This document shows positions 18,082 through 26,550 of a stretch of DNA of 63,096 bases, in pieces. The DNA comes from Patescibacteria group bacterium (lineage in GTDB: Bacteria; Patescibacteriota; Minisyncoccia; Phycocordibacterales; Phycocordibacteraceae), in assembly GCA_018826905.1 (NCBI GenBank), contig JAHJYC010000001.1, forward strand, positions 1 to 63,096, given 5' to 3'. A model generated the notes under the pieces. The model searched no databases. It saw only the letters and a list, made by a program, of their open reading frames with translations, and was not told the origin of the DNA. Position 1 is the stretch's first letter. Each line of letters opens with the position of its first letter. A program made the translations under genes and the position numbers.

Positions 18082-18627
18082 ATGAACGCTGTAATAACTC
18101 CAGTAAGAACTGAGGAGCGCACCAAGCTCGGCATCCGCCCGGGTGATACTGTGCGTGTCCATCAGAAGGTGGTAGAGAAGGGCAAGACTCGCCTTCAGGT
18201 ATTTGAGGGACTCGTGCTTGCGGTGAAGCACGGCACTGAGGCCGGAGCGACTTTTACGGTCCGCGCCACTATGTCAGGTGTTGGGGTAGAGAAGATCTTC
18301 CCACTATATTCCCCAGTTATAGATAAGATTGAGATTGTTCGCCGTTCTAAGGTCCGTCGTGCGAAACTCTACTTCATCCGTGAGAAGGTTGCTCGTGAAG
18401 TACGTCGCCAGCTTCGCAACATGCGCATGGTGAAACTTTCAACAGAAGATTTTAAAGAAGAGGAGAAGCTTGAGGTTAGTGAAGAGGGAAGTCCTGTAGA
18501 GGAAGTCGTTGAGGCAACACACGAAGAGTCTCCTGAGGTGGTGGCAGAATCAAACGAGGGAGAAGTAACTCCAGAGGAAGTTGCAGCTGAGGAGGTACGC
18601 AAAGAAGAGAAGGAGGAACAGGCGTAA
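18082..18627 (+). CDS. rplS: 50S ribosomal protein L19 with Glu-rich C-terminal extension
   Basis: [25 protein letters not shown]...RRAKLYFIR core, followed by an acidic tail of about 60 aa. Confidence 0.95.
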   Translation: MNAVITPVRTEERTKLGIRPGDTVRVHQKVVEKGKTRLQVFEGLVLAVKHGTEAGATFTVRATMSGVGVEKIFPLYSPVIDKIEIVRRSKVRRAKLYFIREKVAREVRRQLRNMRMVKLSTEDFKEEEKLEVSEEGSPVEEVVEATHEESPEVVAESNEGEVTPEEVAAEEVRKEEKEEQA

Positions 18628-18650
18628 GCCTTCAGGTTGTAAAAGCAAGA

Positions 18651-18680
18651 CAGGCCCGCTATAGTAAGCGGGCTTTCTTG
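18651..18680 (+). terminator. Intrinsic terminator after rplS
   Basis: GCCCGCT-atagta-AGCGGGC followed by TTTCTTG. Confidence 0.65.
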
Positions 18681-18699
18681 TTCTGCGAGGGAGACACCT

Positions 18700-18784
18700 G
18701 CCCAGGTGGTGAAATTGGTATACACGCATCCTTGAGGTGGATGTGCCGCAAGGCGTGGAGGTTCAAGTCCTCTCCTGGGCACCA
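18700..18784 (+). tRNA. tRNA-Leu (anticodon GAG), CCA encoded
   Basis: Acceptor GCCCAGG/CCTGGGC, anticodon arm CATCC TTGAGGT GGATG, long variable arm. Confidence 0.9.
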
Positions 18785-18820
18785 ATGATGAGCCAGTACG
18801 AGTGCGTGCTGGCTCATCAT
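18785..18820 (+). terminator. Perfect 12-bp hairpin directly after tRNA-Leu
   Basis: ATGATGAGCCAG-tacgagtgcgtg-CTGGCTCATCAT followed by TTT. Confidence 0.55.
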
Positions 18821-18852
18821 TTTGAGTAAATCGTGCTATAACCCAGATACAT

Positions 18853-18925
18853 GGCGGCTATGGTGTAACGGTTAACACTACAGATTGTGGTTCTGTCAAT
18901 TCGGGTTCGATTCCCGGTAGCCGCC
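18853..18925 (+). tRNA. tRNA-His (anticodon GTG) with encoded G-1
   Basis: Anticodon arm ACAGA TTGTGGT TCTGT. The extra 5' G pairs with C73. Confidence 0.85.
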
Positions 18926-18935
18926 CCCAGAATAT

Positions 18936-19337
18936 ATGAAAGAATTTTTCCAAGAATTTAAGAAGTTCGCCCTTCGTGGCAATGCAGTAGATCTTGCCAT
19001 CGGTATCGTGGTGGGAGCGTCGTTTACGGCCGTAACGAACTCACTCGTAAACAACATCATCACTCCTCCGCTCTCTCTACTTACAAAGGGTATTAACTTT
19101 GAAGAGCTCTCACTCTCAATTCCAAGTACAGATGCGGCCATTCACTACGGACTATTTGTTCAAGCAATTATAAGTTTTGTTATAACTGCATTCGTACTCT
19201 TCTTGCTTGTGCGCTTCATCAACAAGCTCACTGTTGCTGCTCGCAAGGAACAAGAAGAAGGGAAGACTCCACCGTCTCAGAAAAGCGCCGAGCTCATGGT
19301 GCTTGAAGAGATACGAGATACGTTGCGGAAGGAGTAG
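18936..19337 (+). CDS. mscL: Large-conductance mechanosensitive channel
   Basis: FKKFALRGNAVDLAIGIVVGASFTAV... Confidence 0.95.
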   Translation: MKEFFQEFKKFALRGNAVDLAIGIVVGASFTAVTNSLVNNIITPPLSLLTKGINFEELSLSIPSTDAAIHYGLFVQAIISFVITAFVLFLLVRFINKLTVAARKEQEEGKTPPSQKSAELMVLEEIRDTLRKE

Positions 19338-19346
19338 ACTATAAGC

Positions 19347-19997
19347 ATGAAGCAACTTATTGCTGGTGTCGTACTTATCTTCGTTCTTGGGGTAGGTGCG
19401 TTCCTGTATAGAAACGCTGTAGAGCGTCCGTACGTTGCTCAGCAAACAGCATGTACTCTTGAGGCAAAGTTGTGCCCTGACGGCTCTGCTGTTGGCCGTG
19501 TAGGGCCTTCCTGCACCTTTGCACCCTGTGCCTTTCCTAATGTAGAAATTACCGACAAGAACGTTGCCTTCCTTGTTCCGGAAGGCTATACAGCAGATGA
19601 GCGCGCGTATGGAGGAGATCCAACACTTATTGCAGCCTTTCAGAAAGCAGACACGCATCTTTTGTTTGTGCGGAGCTATTCTATTCCAGAGGGAGAAACT
19701 GCTGAGTCCACTATGCTTGCGAGCACAGTGCATCGTTCATCAGGAGAACAGCCACCAAACCTCAACACGTTTGAAAGCGTGCTCGTAAACGGCAAAACAT
19801 TCCGCTCAATAGTTACTGAGCGTTTTGAAGGACAGGTACGCAGTGTGTACTACCTTCCTCGCACTTCGGATGTTCTCGCGTTTGAGATAGTAGAAAACAG
19901 CGTGCCTAACTGGATGGACACCGCACTCGTTGTAGAGAACCTTCCAGAGCACAAGGCACTCCTTACACTTCTCGGAACTCTTCAGGTAGGGGAGTAG
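19347..19997 (+). CDS. Hypothetical secreted / membrane-anchored protein
   Basis: N-terminal hydrophobic helix and four Cys in the first 60 aa. No recognisable motif. Confidence 0.6.
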   Translation: MKQLIAGVVLIFVLGVGAFLYRNAVERPYVAQQTACTLEAKLCPDGSAVGRVGPSCTFAPCAFPNVEITDKNVAFLVPEGYTADERAYGGDPTLIAAFQKADTHLLFVRSYSIPEGETAESTMLASTVHRSSGEQPPNLNTFESVLVNGKTFRSIVTERFEGQVRSVYYLPRTSDVLAFEIVENSVPNWMDTALVVENLPEHKALLTLLGTLQVGE

Positions 19998-19999
19998 TG

Positions 20000-20764
20000 C
20001 TACTCAAGTACAAGCAACAACGCCATGATGCCAAGTCCAACGAGGATGGCGACAAACTGAAGCAGGGTACGCTTTGCTCCTGTTGTCTTATGCAACTCTG
20101 GCACAAGATCAGAGCCAGCAATATAAACGAAGCTTCCTGCAGCAAATGCTGCGATAAGCGGTGACGCTGATTCAAACGTATCGGCTAGCCAGAAAGCGAG
20201 CCCGGCTCCCGCAAACGCCAAGAGAGCCGAGACAAAGTTAACAAGGAGTGCTTTGGTGCGAGAAAAGCCGGCGTGCACTAGAAGAGCGAAGTCGCCAATC
20301 TCCTGGGGTATTTCATGCAACATAATGGCGATGGTTGTTGCGATGCCAACTTCAACTGAAATAAGAAACGCAGCACCAATCGCAACACCGTCTACAAAGT
20401 TATGCAGTCCGTCTGAGACGAGTACTAAATGGCCAACAGGATGAACGCGCGCATGGGTCTCTGCCTCAAGCTCGTTTTCTCCGTGCGAATGATGCCATCG
20501 TAGAAACTTCTCAAGGGCAAAGAAGGTAAGAATACCTCCAAGAATAAGAGAGGACACAAGCAGAGGATTCCCTGCTTCTTCAAATGCCTCAGGGATGAGG
20601 TGTATGAATGCGTCGCCAAAGAGGGCACCAGCGGCAACAGATACTAATAGGAAAAGAATCTTACGAAGTACACTTTCTTTCCAGGCAAGCGCCACAATAC
20701 CAACAAGGGAAACAAGGCTAACGACGCCAACTGCAAGGAGGGCGGAGATGATTTGTATAGTCAT
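20000..20764 (-). CDS. zupT: ZIP-family divalent metal (zinc) transporter
   Basis: HEIPQEIGDFALL and HNFVDGVAIG motifs; His-rich loop HHSHGENELEAETH. Confidence 0.9.
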   Translation of the reverse strand: MTIQIISALLAVGVVSLVSLVGIVALAWKESVLRKILFLLVSVAAGALFGDAFIHLIPEAFEEAGNPLLVSSLILGGILTFFALEKFLRWHHSHGENELEAETHARVHPVGHLVLVSDGLHNFVDGVAIGAAFLISVEVGIATTIAIMLHEIPQEIGDFALLVHAGFSRTKALLVNFVSALLAFAGAGLAFWLADTFESASPLIAAFAAGSFVYIAGSDLVPELHKTTGAKRTLLQFVAILVGLGIMALLLVLE

Positions 20765-20791
20765 ACATAAACGCTAGCATGACCTCCTCCT

Positions 20792-20812
20792 AGATGCAAT
20801 TCATTCGCATCT
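20792..20812. promoter_or_regulatory. Candidate Fur-family operator (6-9-6 dyad) in divergent ZIP/fur intergenic region
   Basis: AGATGC-aattcattc-GCATCT is the only dyad in the 82-nt intergenic region. Confidence 0.3.
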
Positions 20813-20846
20813 GGATAAAGCAGATGAACACGCGTATGATTACGGT

Positions 20847-21254
20847 ATGAATTCAGAGAAGATACGAGCCCTTCTTGCTGGAGTAGACTTGCGTGCAACA
20901 ACTCAGCGAGTTGCTTTGCTCAAGGAGTTGTTAGAGCAAGCACATCCGCTCTCTGTGGAAAAGCTTACTCAGGGCATGGGCAATGCACTGGACACAGCAA
21001 CGGTGTACAGAACATTGGATACCTTTGAAGAGAAGGGGTTGGTGCGCAAAGTTGAGCTAGCTCAAGGCAGAGCACTCTATGAGCACGCTGGAGAGCACCA
21101 CCATCACATAGTATGTACTGAGTGCGGAGTAATACAGGATGTGGACGTCTGCCTTCCCAAGAGTGTACAAGGTACGGTACAGAGAGCCTCTGGGTTTGCG
21201 AATGTTAACGAGCACGCACTTGAGTTTTTTGGAGTGTGTAAGAAATGCGCATAG
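20847..21254 (+). CDS. Fur-family metalloregulator (Zur/Fur-like)
   Basis: Winged helix plus HHHHIVCTECG...CKKC metal sites. Confidence 0.9.
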   Translation: MNSEKIRALLAGVDLRATTQRVALLKELLEQAHPLSVEKLTQGMGNALDTATVYRTLDTFEEKGLVRKVELAQGRALYEHAGEHHHHIVCTECGVIQDVDVCLPKSVQGTVQRASGFANVNEHALEFFGVCKKCA

Positions 21255-22378
21255 ATATGATACGAACACTAATTCTCCCGTTGATGCTTGGTGCGAGCTT
21301 GTTCGCGCCTCAAGTGGGGTTTGCACAGGTCTTAGAGAGAGATATTGAAACACTTGAGAAAGCGCGCGTGCTTTCCGTTGTGGATCAGGGAATTCAACAG
21401 ATACCCGGCACTGATGTTGCTGACAGAGCACAGCTTCTTTCTGCTGAGGTGCTCACCGGAGAGGAGAAAGGGAAGGTGGTGAGTTTTAGGAATGATTTCA
21501 CACAACTGGAGGAAGGAGATTTGTTTTACTTACGGCATTTAGTAAGTCCCACAGATGGAACTGAGTTTTATTCAGTTGCTGATCCGTACCGATTAAATGT
21601 GTTGATTGGGCTTGCGGTTGTGTTTGTGTTTCTCGTCTTTCTCTTTGGTGGTTTACAGGGCATGCGCGGGCTTCTGTCCCTTGTAGGGAGTCTGCTCTTA
21701 ATTTTTTATGTGCTATTGCCTGGCATTTCTTCAGGGCTTTCTCCTGTGTTTGTCGCAATTGGTGTGGCCTCTCTCATTATTATTGTCGGCTCGTATATTA
21801 CTCACGGCTTCACAAGGACAACAACTGCGGCAGTTATTGGCATGATAAGCACTGTTGTGGTGACAGGTCTTGCTGCATGGCTTGTTGTTGATATGGCGGC
21901 ACTGTCTGGGTATGGGTCTGATGAGAGTGTGTACTTGCGCTTCCAGTCTGGAGGAACAATTGATCTCATCGGAGTGCTCTTGGGCGGAATACTCATTGGG
22001 CTTCTCGGTGTTTTGTACGATAGTGCCATCGGCCAAGCGGTTGCCGTTGAGGAGTTACTTCGCATCGGCGGGTCTGTCTCAAAGAAGGAGGTTTATCTGC
22101 GAGCCCTTCGTATCGGAAGGGAGCACATTGGAGCACTCGTAAACACGCTCGCCATTGCCTACGTGGGTGCGTCCCTGCCGCTCTTTCTACTCCTGCAGTA
22201 TTCTTCAGCCTCTGCAGGTTATATCGTAAACGGGGAGGTATTTGCTACTGAAATAGTACGCATTCTCATCGGCAGTATTGGTCTGGTGCTCGCTGTGCCA
22301 GTAACGACCCTCATAGCCGTCTACTTAATACGGCCTACACAGAATCCTCGTGATACCATGCAGGCACACAAACACTAA
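21245..22378 (+). CDS. YibE/F-family integral membrane protein
   Basis: Signal-like N-terminus, soluble domain, then multiple TM helices. The motif GALVNTLAIAYVGASLPLFLL is typical of YibE/F as I recall it. Confidence 0.6.
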   Translation: MRIDMIRTLILPLMLGASLFAPQVGFAQVLERDIETLEKARVLSVVDQGIQQIPGTDVADRAQLLSAEVLTGEEKGKVVSFRNDFTQLEEGDLFYLRHLVSPTDGTEFYSVADPYRLNVLIGLAVVFVFLVFLFGGLQGMRGLLSLVGSLLLIFYVLLPGISSGLSPVFVAIGVASLIIIVGSYITHGFTRTTTAAVIGMISTVVVTGLAAWLVVDMAALSGYGSDESVYLRFQSGGTIDLIGVLLGGILIGLLGVLYDSAIGQAVAVEELLRIGGSVSKKEVYLRALRIGREHIGALVNTLAIAYVGASLPLFLLLQYSSASAGYIVNGEVFATEIVRILIGSIGLVLAVPVTTLIAVYLIRPTQNPRDTMQAHKH

Positions 22379-22387
22379 TAATTATCT

Positions 22388-23191
22388 ATGAATAAGCTTG
22401 TTGAAGAACTTTCTAGCAATAAAATGATCCGTTCAGCGTTTGCTGCCGTACTCATTGTTCTCGCTTTATTCCTTGTAGCAAAGACCTGGAACGCCATCTT
22501 TGATAAGGGGCCAAACGAGTATGTGAACACGATAACTGTTGAGGGAACAGGCAGAAGTGCTGCGGTACCTGATACTGCACGCATTACGTTCACGGTTACT
22601 GAATCAGCCACAAACGTTGGAGACGCTCAAGACGCAGCAACAAAGCGTACCGATGATGCTCTTAACGCTGTCTCAGAGATGGGAGTGGAAGATAAAGACA
22701 TTAAAACAGTCGCGTACAACGTCACTCCACGGTACGAGTACACGCAGCGTCCGTGTGCTCCGGGAATGATGTGCGCAGCGTATGTTTCAAATAGCCCAAC
22801 TATAGTTGGATACGATGTGTCACAGACAGTTGAAGTGAAGGTTCGCGATACGGCAAAGGCCGGGGAAGTGCTTGAAGCACTTGGCGGACTTGGTGTACAG
22901 AACATCTCTGGCCCTGAGTTTGTCCTTGATGACGAGTCAGCAGTAAAGAACGAGGCTCGCGAGGAGGCAATTAGAGAGGCCCGCATGAAGGCCAAGGAGC
23001 TCGCAAAGGAACTTGGTGTTCGTCTTGGGAAAGTCGTGTCGTACTCTGAAGGGAGCCAGGGCTACCCTATGTACGATAGCTACGGAAAGGGAGGAAGCGC
23101 AATGAATGCTGAAATGCGCTCAGCACCGTCGCTCCCTACGGGAGAGAATGAAACAAATGTCACTGTTATGGTGACGTACGAGATTCACTAA
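22388..23191 (+). CDS. SIMPL / DUF541-family secreted protein
   Basis: N-terminal TM helix. ITVEGTGRSAAVPDTARITFTV... and a C-terminal TVMVTYEI are typical of BP26/SIMPL. Confidence 0.75.
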   Translation: MNKLVEELSSNKMIRSAFAAVLIVLALFLVAKTWNAIFDKGPNEYVNTITVEGTGRSAAVPDTARITFTVTESATNVGDAQDAATKRTDDALNAVSEMGVEDKDIKTVAYNVTPRYEYTQRPCAPGMMCAAYVSNSPTIVGYDVSQTVEVKVRDTAKAGEVLEALGGLGVQNISGPEFVLDDESAVKNEAREEAIREARMKAKELAKELGVRLGKVVSYSEGSQGYPMYDSYGKGGSAMNAEMRSAPSLPTGENETNVTVMVTYEIH

Positions 23192-23202
23192 TCTCACAGG
23201 TT

Positions 23203-23237
23203 GAGAAAACCCCGCCTGCAAAGGGCGGGGTTTTCTC
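23203..23237 (+). terminator. Intrinsic terminator
   Basis: GAGAAAACCCCGCC-tgcaaag-GGCGGGGTTTTCTC. Confidence 0.85.
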
Positions 23238-23311
23238 ATTTGACAGCGTAGGAAGGCCGTACTATCATGCAGATATATAAGGCCCGCGGGGCTTTTTTAT
23301 TTGCAAACTGC

Positions 23312-23500
23312 ATGAAATCACTCTTCACCTACTTCAAAAATGTGCGCGGCGAGATGACGCACGTTGTGTGGCCAGATCGTAAGGTTGCCATTATGCACAC
23401 TGGACTCATTATTTTGATTTCAGCGGTAGTTGCGCTGTATATCGCGGGCATTGACTACGTCTTTGCAGGAGTGGTGAACCGCATCATCTTGGGCTACTAG
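23312..23500 (+). CDS. secE: Preprotein translocase subunit SecE
   Basis: MKSLFTYFKNVRGEMTHVVWP... with a single TM helix. Sits upstream of nusG. Confidence 0.85.
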   Translation: MKSLFTYFKNVRGEMTHVVWPDRKVAIMHTGLIILISAVVALYIAGIDYVFAGVVNRIILGY

Positions 23501-23514
23501 TCCTCTCATACTCT

Positions 23515-24084
23515 ATGGAAATAAAAACACCTCCTCACTTTAATGATGATGCTATGGACCAGACTCCACGCTGGTACACGATTCATACCTATGCAGGGTA
23601 TGAGAATGCAGTGGAGCGTAACTTAAAGCAGCGTATTGAATCTCTCGGAATGGAGAACAAGATCTTTGAAGTAGTTGTCCCTACTGAAAAGAAGATTCGT
23701 GTGAAGGCAGGAAAGCGCATCGTAGAAGAGGAGAAGATTTATCCGGGTTACATTCTCGTGCGCATGATTGTAGACGAGGATTCGTGGTTCGTGGTGCGTA
23801 ACACTCCTCGCGTAACAGGTTTCGTTGGAGCAGGGAACACCCCTGTCCCTATGGAAGAGAGTGAGGTGAAGACACTCATGAAGCGCATGGACGCGGAAGC
23901 ACCGAAGCACCGCATTGACCTTACGAAGGATGACCCAATCGTTATTATGGACGGTCCCTTTAAAGATCTTGAAGGTAAGGTGGGTGAGATTGATGAAGAA
24001 CGAGGCAAGGTTAAAGTTATGGTGGCGATGTTTGGTCGGGAGACTCCGGTTGAGCTGGATTTCTTGCAGATCCGCAAGCTATAA
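23515..24084 (+). CDS. nusG: Transcription termination/antitermination factor NusG
   Basis: RWYTIHTYAGYEN (NGN domain) and a C-terminal KOW (GKVGEIDEERGKVKV). Confidence 0.95.
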   Translation: MEIKTPPHFNDDAMDQTPRWYTIHTYAGYENAVERNLKQRIESLGMENKIFEVVVPTEKKIRVKAGKRIVEEEKIYPGYILVRMIVDEDSWFVVRNTPRVTGFVGAGNTPVPMEESEVKTLMKRMDAEAPKHRIDLTKDDPIVIMDGPFKDLEGKVGEIDEERGKVKVMVAMFGRETPVELDFLQIRKL

Positions 24085-24108
24085 CGTAGAGTCTGTAAAC
24101 GAATTCAT

Positions 24109-24531
24109 ATGGCAAAAGCAATTAAGAAAATCAAACTCCAGATCCCTGGTGGCAAGGCAACCCCAGCTCCTCCTGTAGGAACTGTACTTGGTCCTGCCGG
24201 TGTTAACATTGGCGATTTCGTCAACAAGTTCAACGAGCAGACTCGTGACCAAATGGGCGTCATTATTCCTGTTGAGATGACTGTCTATGACGATCGTACC
24301 TTTACGTTCGTTCTTAAGGTCTCTCCTATGTCTCGTCTTATCCTTAAGGCACTTGGTGTAGATAAGGGTTCTGGCAAGACTCCTCTTTCAAAGGTAGGAA
24401 ACCTTTCAAAAGAGCAGGTACGTCAGATTGCAGAAACAAAGATGCCAGACCTCACTGCGGGAAGTATTGAAGCAGCTGAGCGTATGGTTGAGGGAACTGC
24501 AAAGTCCATGGGCGTTACCGTAGGGAAATAG
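24109..24531 (+). CDS. rplK: 50S ribosomal protein L11
   Basis: [26 protein letters not shown]... Confidence 0.97.
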   Translation: MAKAIKKIKLQIPGGKATPAPPVGTVLGPAGVNIGDFVNKFNEQTRDQMGVIIPVEMTVYDDRTFTFVLKVSPMSRLILKALGVDKGSGKTPLSKVGNLSKEQVRQIAETKMPDLTAGSIEAAERMVEGTAKSMGVTVGK

Positions 24532-24543
24532 GGTTCCATACTA

Positions 24544-24583
24544 AACAAGCAAAAGGCCCGCACGTGCGGGCCTTTTGCTTGTT
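24544..24583 (+). terminator. Intrinsic terminator after rplK
   Basis: AACAAGCAAAAGGCCCGCA-cg-TGCGGGCCTTTTGCTTGTT. Confidence 0.85.
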
Positions 24584-24645
24584 ATAGGGATGTAGTGTAG
24601 GTTCATCAAGTACATTTCGTACATGCACATTGGAGGGAAGACTAC

Positions 24646-25290
24646 ATGCCCACAGCATGCTTAGACCTTAGCGGTGTCATCTTGGACACCAGCGCAGCGC
24701 TACACGCGCTCGCTTGCGAAGAATCCGGTCTGGATATTCCGGCCGGAATCTTTGCAGGGAAGGAGTCGGTGGGAATGAAATTCCCGCTGAAGGAAGACGA
24801 GAATCGCTTCGGCGAATTTCTGGCTGCGCACTGGGAGGCCGCCAAGCTCCGGTTCTTTGAAAACCGGGATGATTTCCTCAGTCACGCTTTGTTCGTTCAA
24901 GGCGCACTGAGGTCGGCACAGATTCTCGTGTCGCGCGGCTGGGGAATCGCTATCGTCTCAGACGTGAAGCGTCTGGACGAGGGGCTGCTGCGGCACTGGC
25001 TGCATCAGCAGAAGTTCCCGAACACGGATGCCAGCCGCATTCTGACGCGCGGCCAAGAGCCGAAAGCTGGTTGGCAGTCCTGCTGCGACGTCGTCGTGGA
25101 CAACGAGCTGGGACAGCTGCTGCCGCTGGCGAAAGAGAGCGGACTGCGGCTCGTGCACTTCCTGCCCGACCCGAAGTCGGTCGGCGGTCAGCGCAAGCTG
25201 GAGACGTCGCTGCACCCCTCTATCGCGTCTCTTCGCGGATGGGAGGAGGCCCTCCCGTTCATTCTTCAGTTTGAAGAGGCGCTGGCGTAA
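24646..25290 (+). CDS. GC-rich foreign-looking ORF; HAD-superfamily-like fold with degenerate motif I
   Basis: Abrupt GC and GC3 rise confined to the ORF. LDLSGVILD (motif I-like, second Asp replaced by Ser), IAIVSD (motif II-like), VVVDNE (motif IV-like). SD GGAGGG lies 8 nt upstream. Confidence 0.6.
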   Translation: MPTACLDLSGVILDTSAALHALACEESGLDIPAGIFAGKESVGMKFPLKEDENRFGEFLAAHWEAAKLRFFENRDDFLSHALFVQGALRSAQILVSRGWGIAIVSDVKRLDEGLLRHWLHQQKFPNTDASRILTRGQEPKAGWQSCCDVVVDNELGQLLPLAKESGLRLVHFLPDPKSVGGQRKLETSLHPSIASLRGWEEALPFILQFEEALA

Positions 25291-25307
25291 GCCAGCCGCC
25301 ACAACAA

Positions 25308-25335
25308 GCCCTGAGCAAAATGCTTAGGGTTTTTA
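25308..25335. terminator. Bidirectional terminator between the GC-rich ORF and folA
   Basis: GCCCTGAGCA-aaa-TGCTTAGGGT followed by TTTTT. Confidence 0.7.
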
Positions 25336-25860
25336 TTATTCCCGCTCAAGCGTCACCCACTTGTATGTGATGCCGTTCCAATCACGCACTTCCTCTGAAA
25401 TCTTTTTTGTAAACAGGGATTCGTACTCAGGAAAGAAGATATCGCTTTCTTTCTCGTCATCAATAAGAGTGAGATACAGCCGAGACACCAATGGAAGTGT
25501 CTCTTTGTATAGCTCAATTCCTCCGCCGATATGAATCTCTTCAGCGCCTGGAGCGGCCCGTGCAGCTTTAAGTGCTTCTCCGAGTGAATGCACAACCAAT
25601 GCCCCTGGTGCTTCGTAAGTTTCGTTGCGCGTAACAACAATGTTAGTCCTTTCAGGAAGAGGACGATACTTTTCTGGAAGAGACTCCCATGTTTTGCGGC
25701 CCATAATAACGGGGTGCCCTATAGTCAGTCTCTTAAACCGTCTGAGATCATCCGGGATGTGCCACAGAAGTTTATTATCTTTCCCAATAGCGCGATTGTT
25801 TGCGCCGTCTCTCCCTAACGAAACAACAATACTTATCCTTTCTTTTGCTTCTTGTGCCAT
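25336..25860 (-). CDS. folA: Dihydrofolate reductase
   Basis: IGKDNKLLWHIPDDLRRFKRLTIGHPVIMGRKTWESLP. Confidence 0.95.
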   Translation of the reverse strand: MAQEAKERISIVVSLGRDGANNRAIGKDNKLLWHIPDDLRRFKRLTIGHPVIMGRKTWESLPEKYRPLPERTNIVVTRNETYEAPGALVVHSLGEALKAARAAPGAEEIHIGGGIELYKETLPLVSRLYLTLIDDEKESDIFFPEYESLFTKKISEEVRDWNGITYKWVTLERE

Positions 25861-26540
25861 GGTTGCACTTTCTTAATATCCTTGTCGTTCCAAAGTTGGG
25901 GAAGCATTGACTCTGGCTTCCAAGACTTTTTGAGTTCTGAAAGATTTGTAGACTTCGCGTACTTTCCGGCTTTTGTATAATCTCGTTCTAGAATTGGGCC
26001 TGTTTCAAAGAAAATGATCTGTGCAATACGTCGCCCTACAACAAGAGGAATAATGTAGTTCTTGGAGTTGTTCGTAATCTCCATTGTCCAGCGGTTTATA
26101 TAACCAACATCGCCCCACCCAGCACACTTACAGACCTCAATGAAGTTACGTCCCATTGATGAGCGGGCCTTCATCATGGTGGTAATGTGGTCCTTGCCTC
26201 CAATGAACTCATTCGTATGCGCAAGAATGGTTTCTCCAGGACGAAGTACAATAACTTTATCGTCAGGACGAATGCCGTCAAAAGCAAAGTTGTATTTCTT
26301 AAAGGCCTCCTTAGCAAGTACAGCACGCTCTACTTTGTCTGCACCCCACACATGCTCCATGTGCTCCTGGCTCCAGATGTTGTATAGGCTATGGTTGTAT
26401 TTCGTTGGTTGTTCTCTAAAAAACCATTCGCCTAGAGTCACGTCGTAGCTGGATGTTGCAAGCTGCTCCTCTGTAAAGGGAGAGATAACAATAGATCCCT
26501 TCTTCATTTCTTCTTGGATGCGTCTGTCAGATAGTGCCAT
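25833..26540 (-). CDS. dcd: dCTP deaminase family protein (long form)
   Basis: MALSDRRIQEEM...SSYDVTLGE, ARSSMGR and GWGDVGY..WTMEITN. The 3' end overlaps the folA start by 28 nt. Confidence 0.8.
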   Translation of the reverse strand: MALSDRRIQEEMKKGSIVISPFTEEQLATSSYDVTLGEWFFREQPTKYNHSLYNIWSQEHMEHVWGADKVERAVLAKEAFKKYNFAFDGIRPDDKVIVLRPGETILAHTNEFIGGKDHITTMMKARSSMGRNFIEVCKCAGWGDVGYINRWTMEITNNSKNYIIPLVVGRRIAQIIFFETGPILERDYTKAGKYAKSTNLSELKKSWKPESMLPQLWNDKDIKKVQPWHKKQKKG

Positions 26541-26550
26541 AGTCAGGTGA

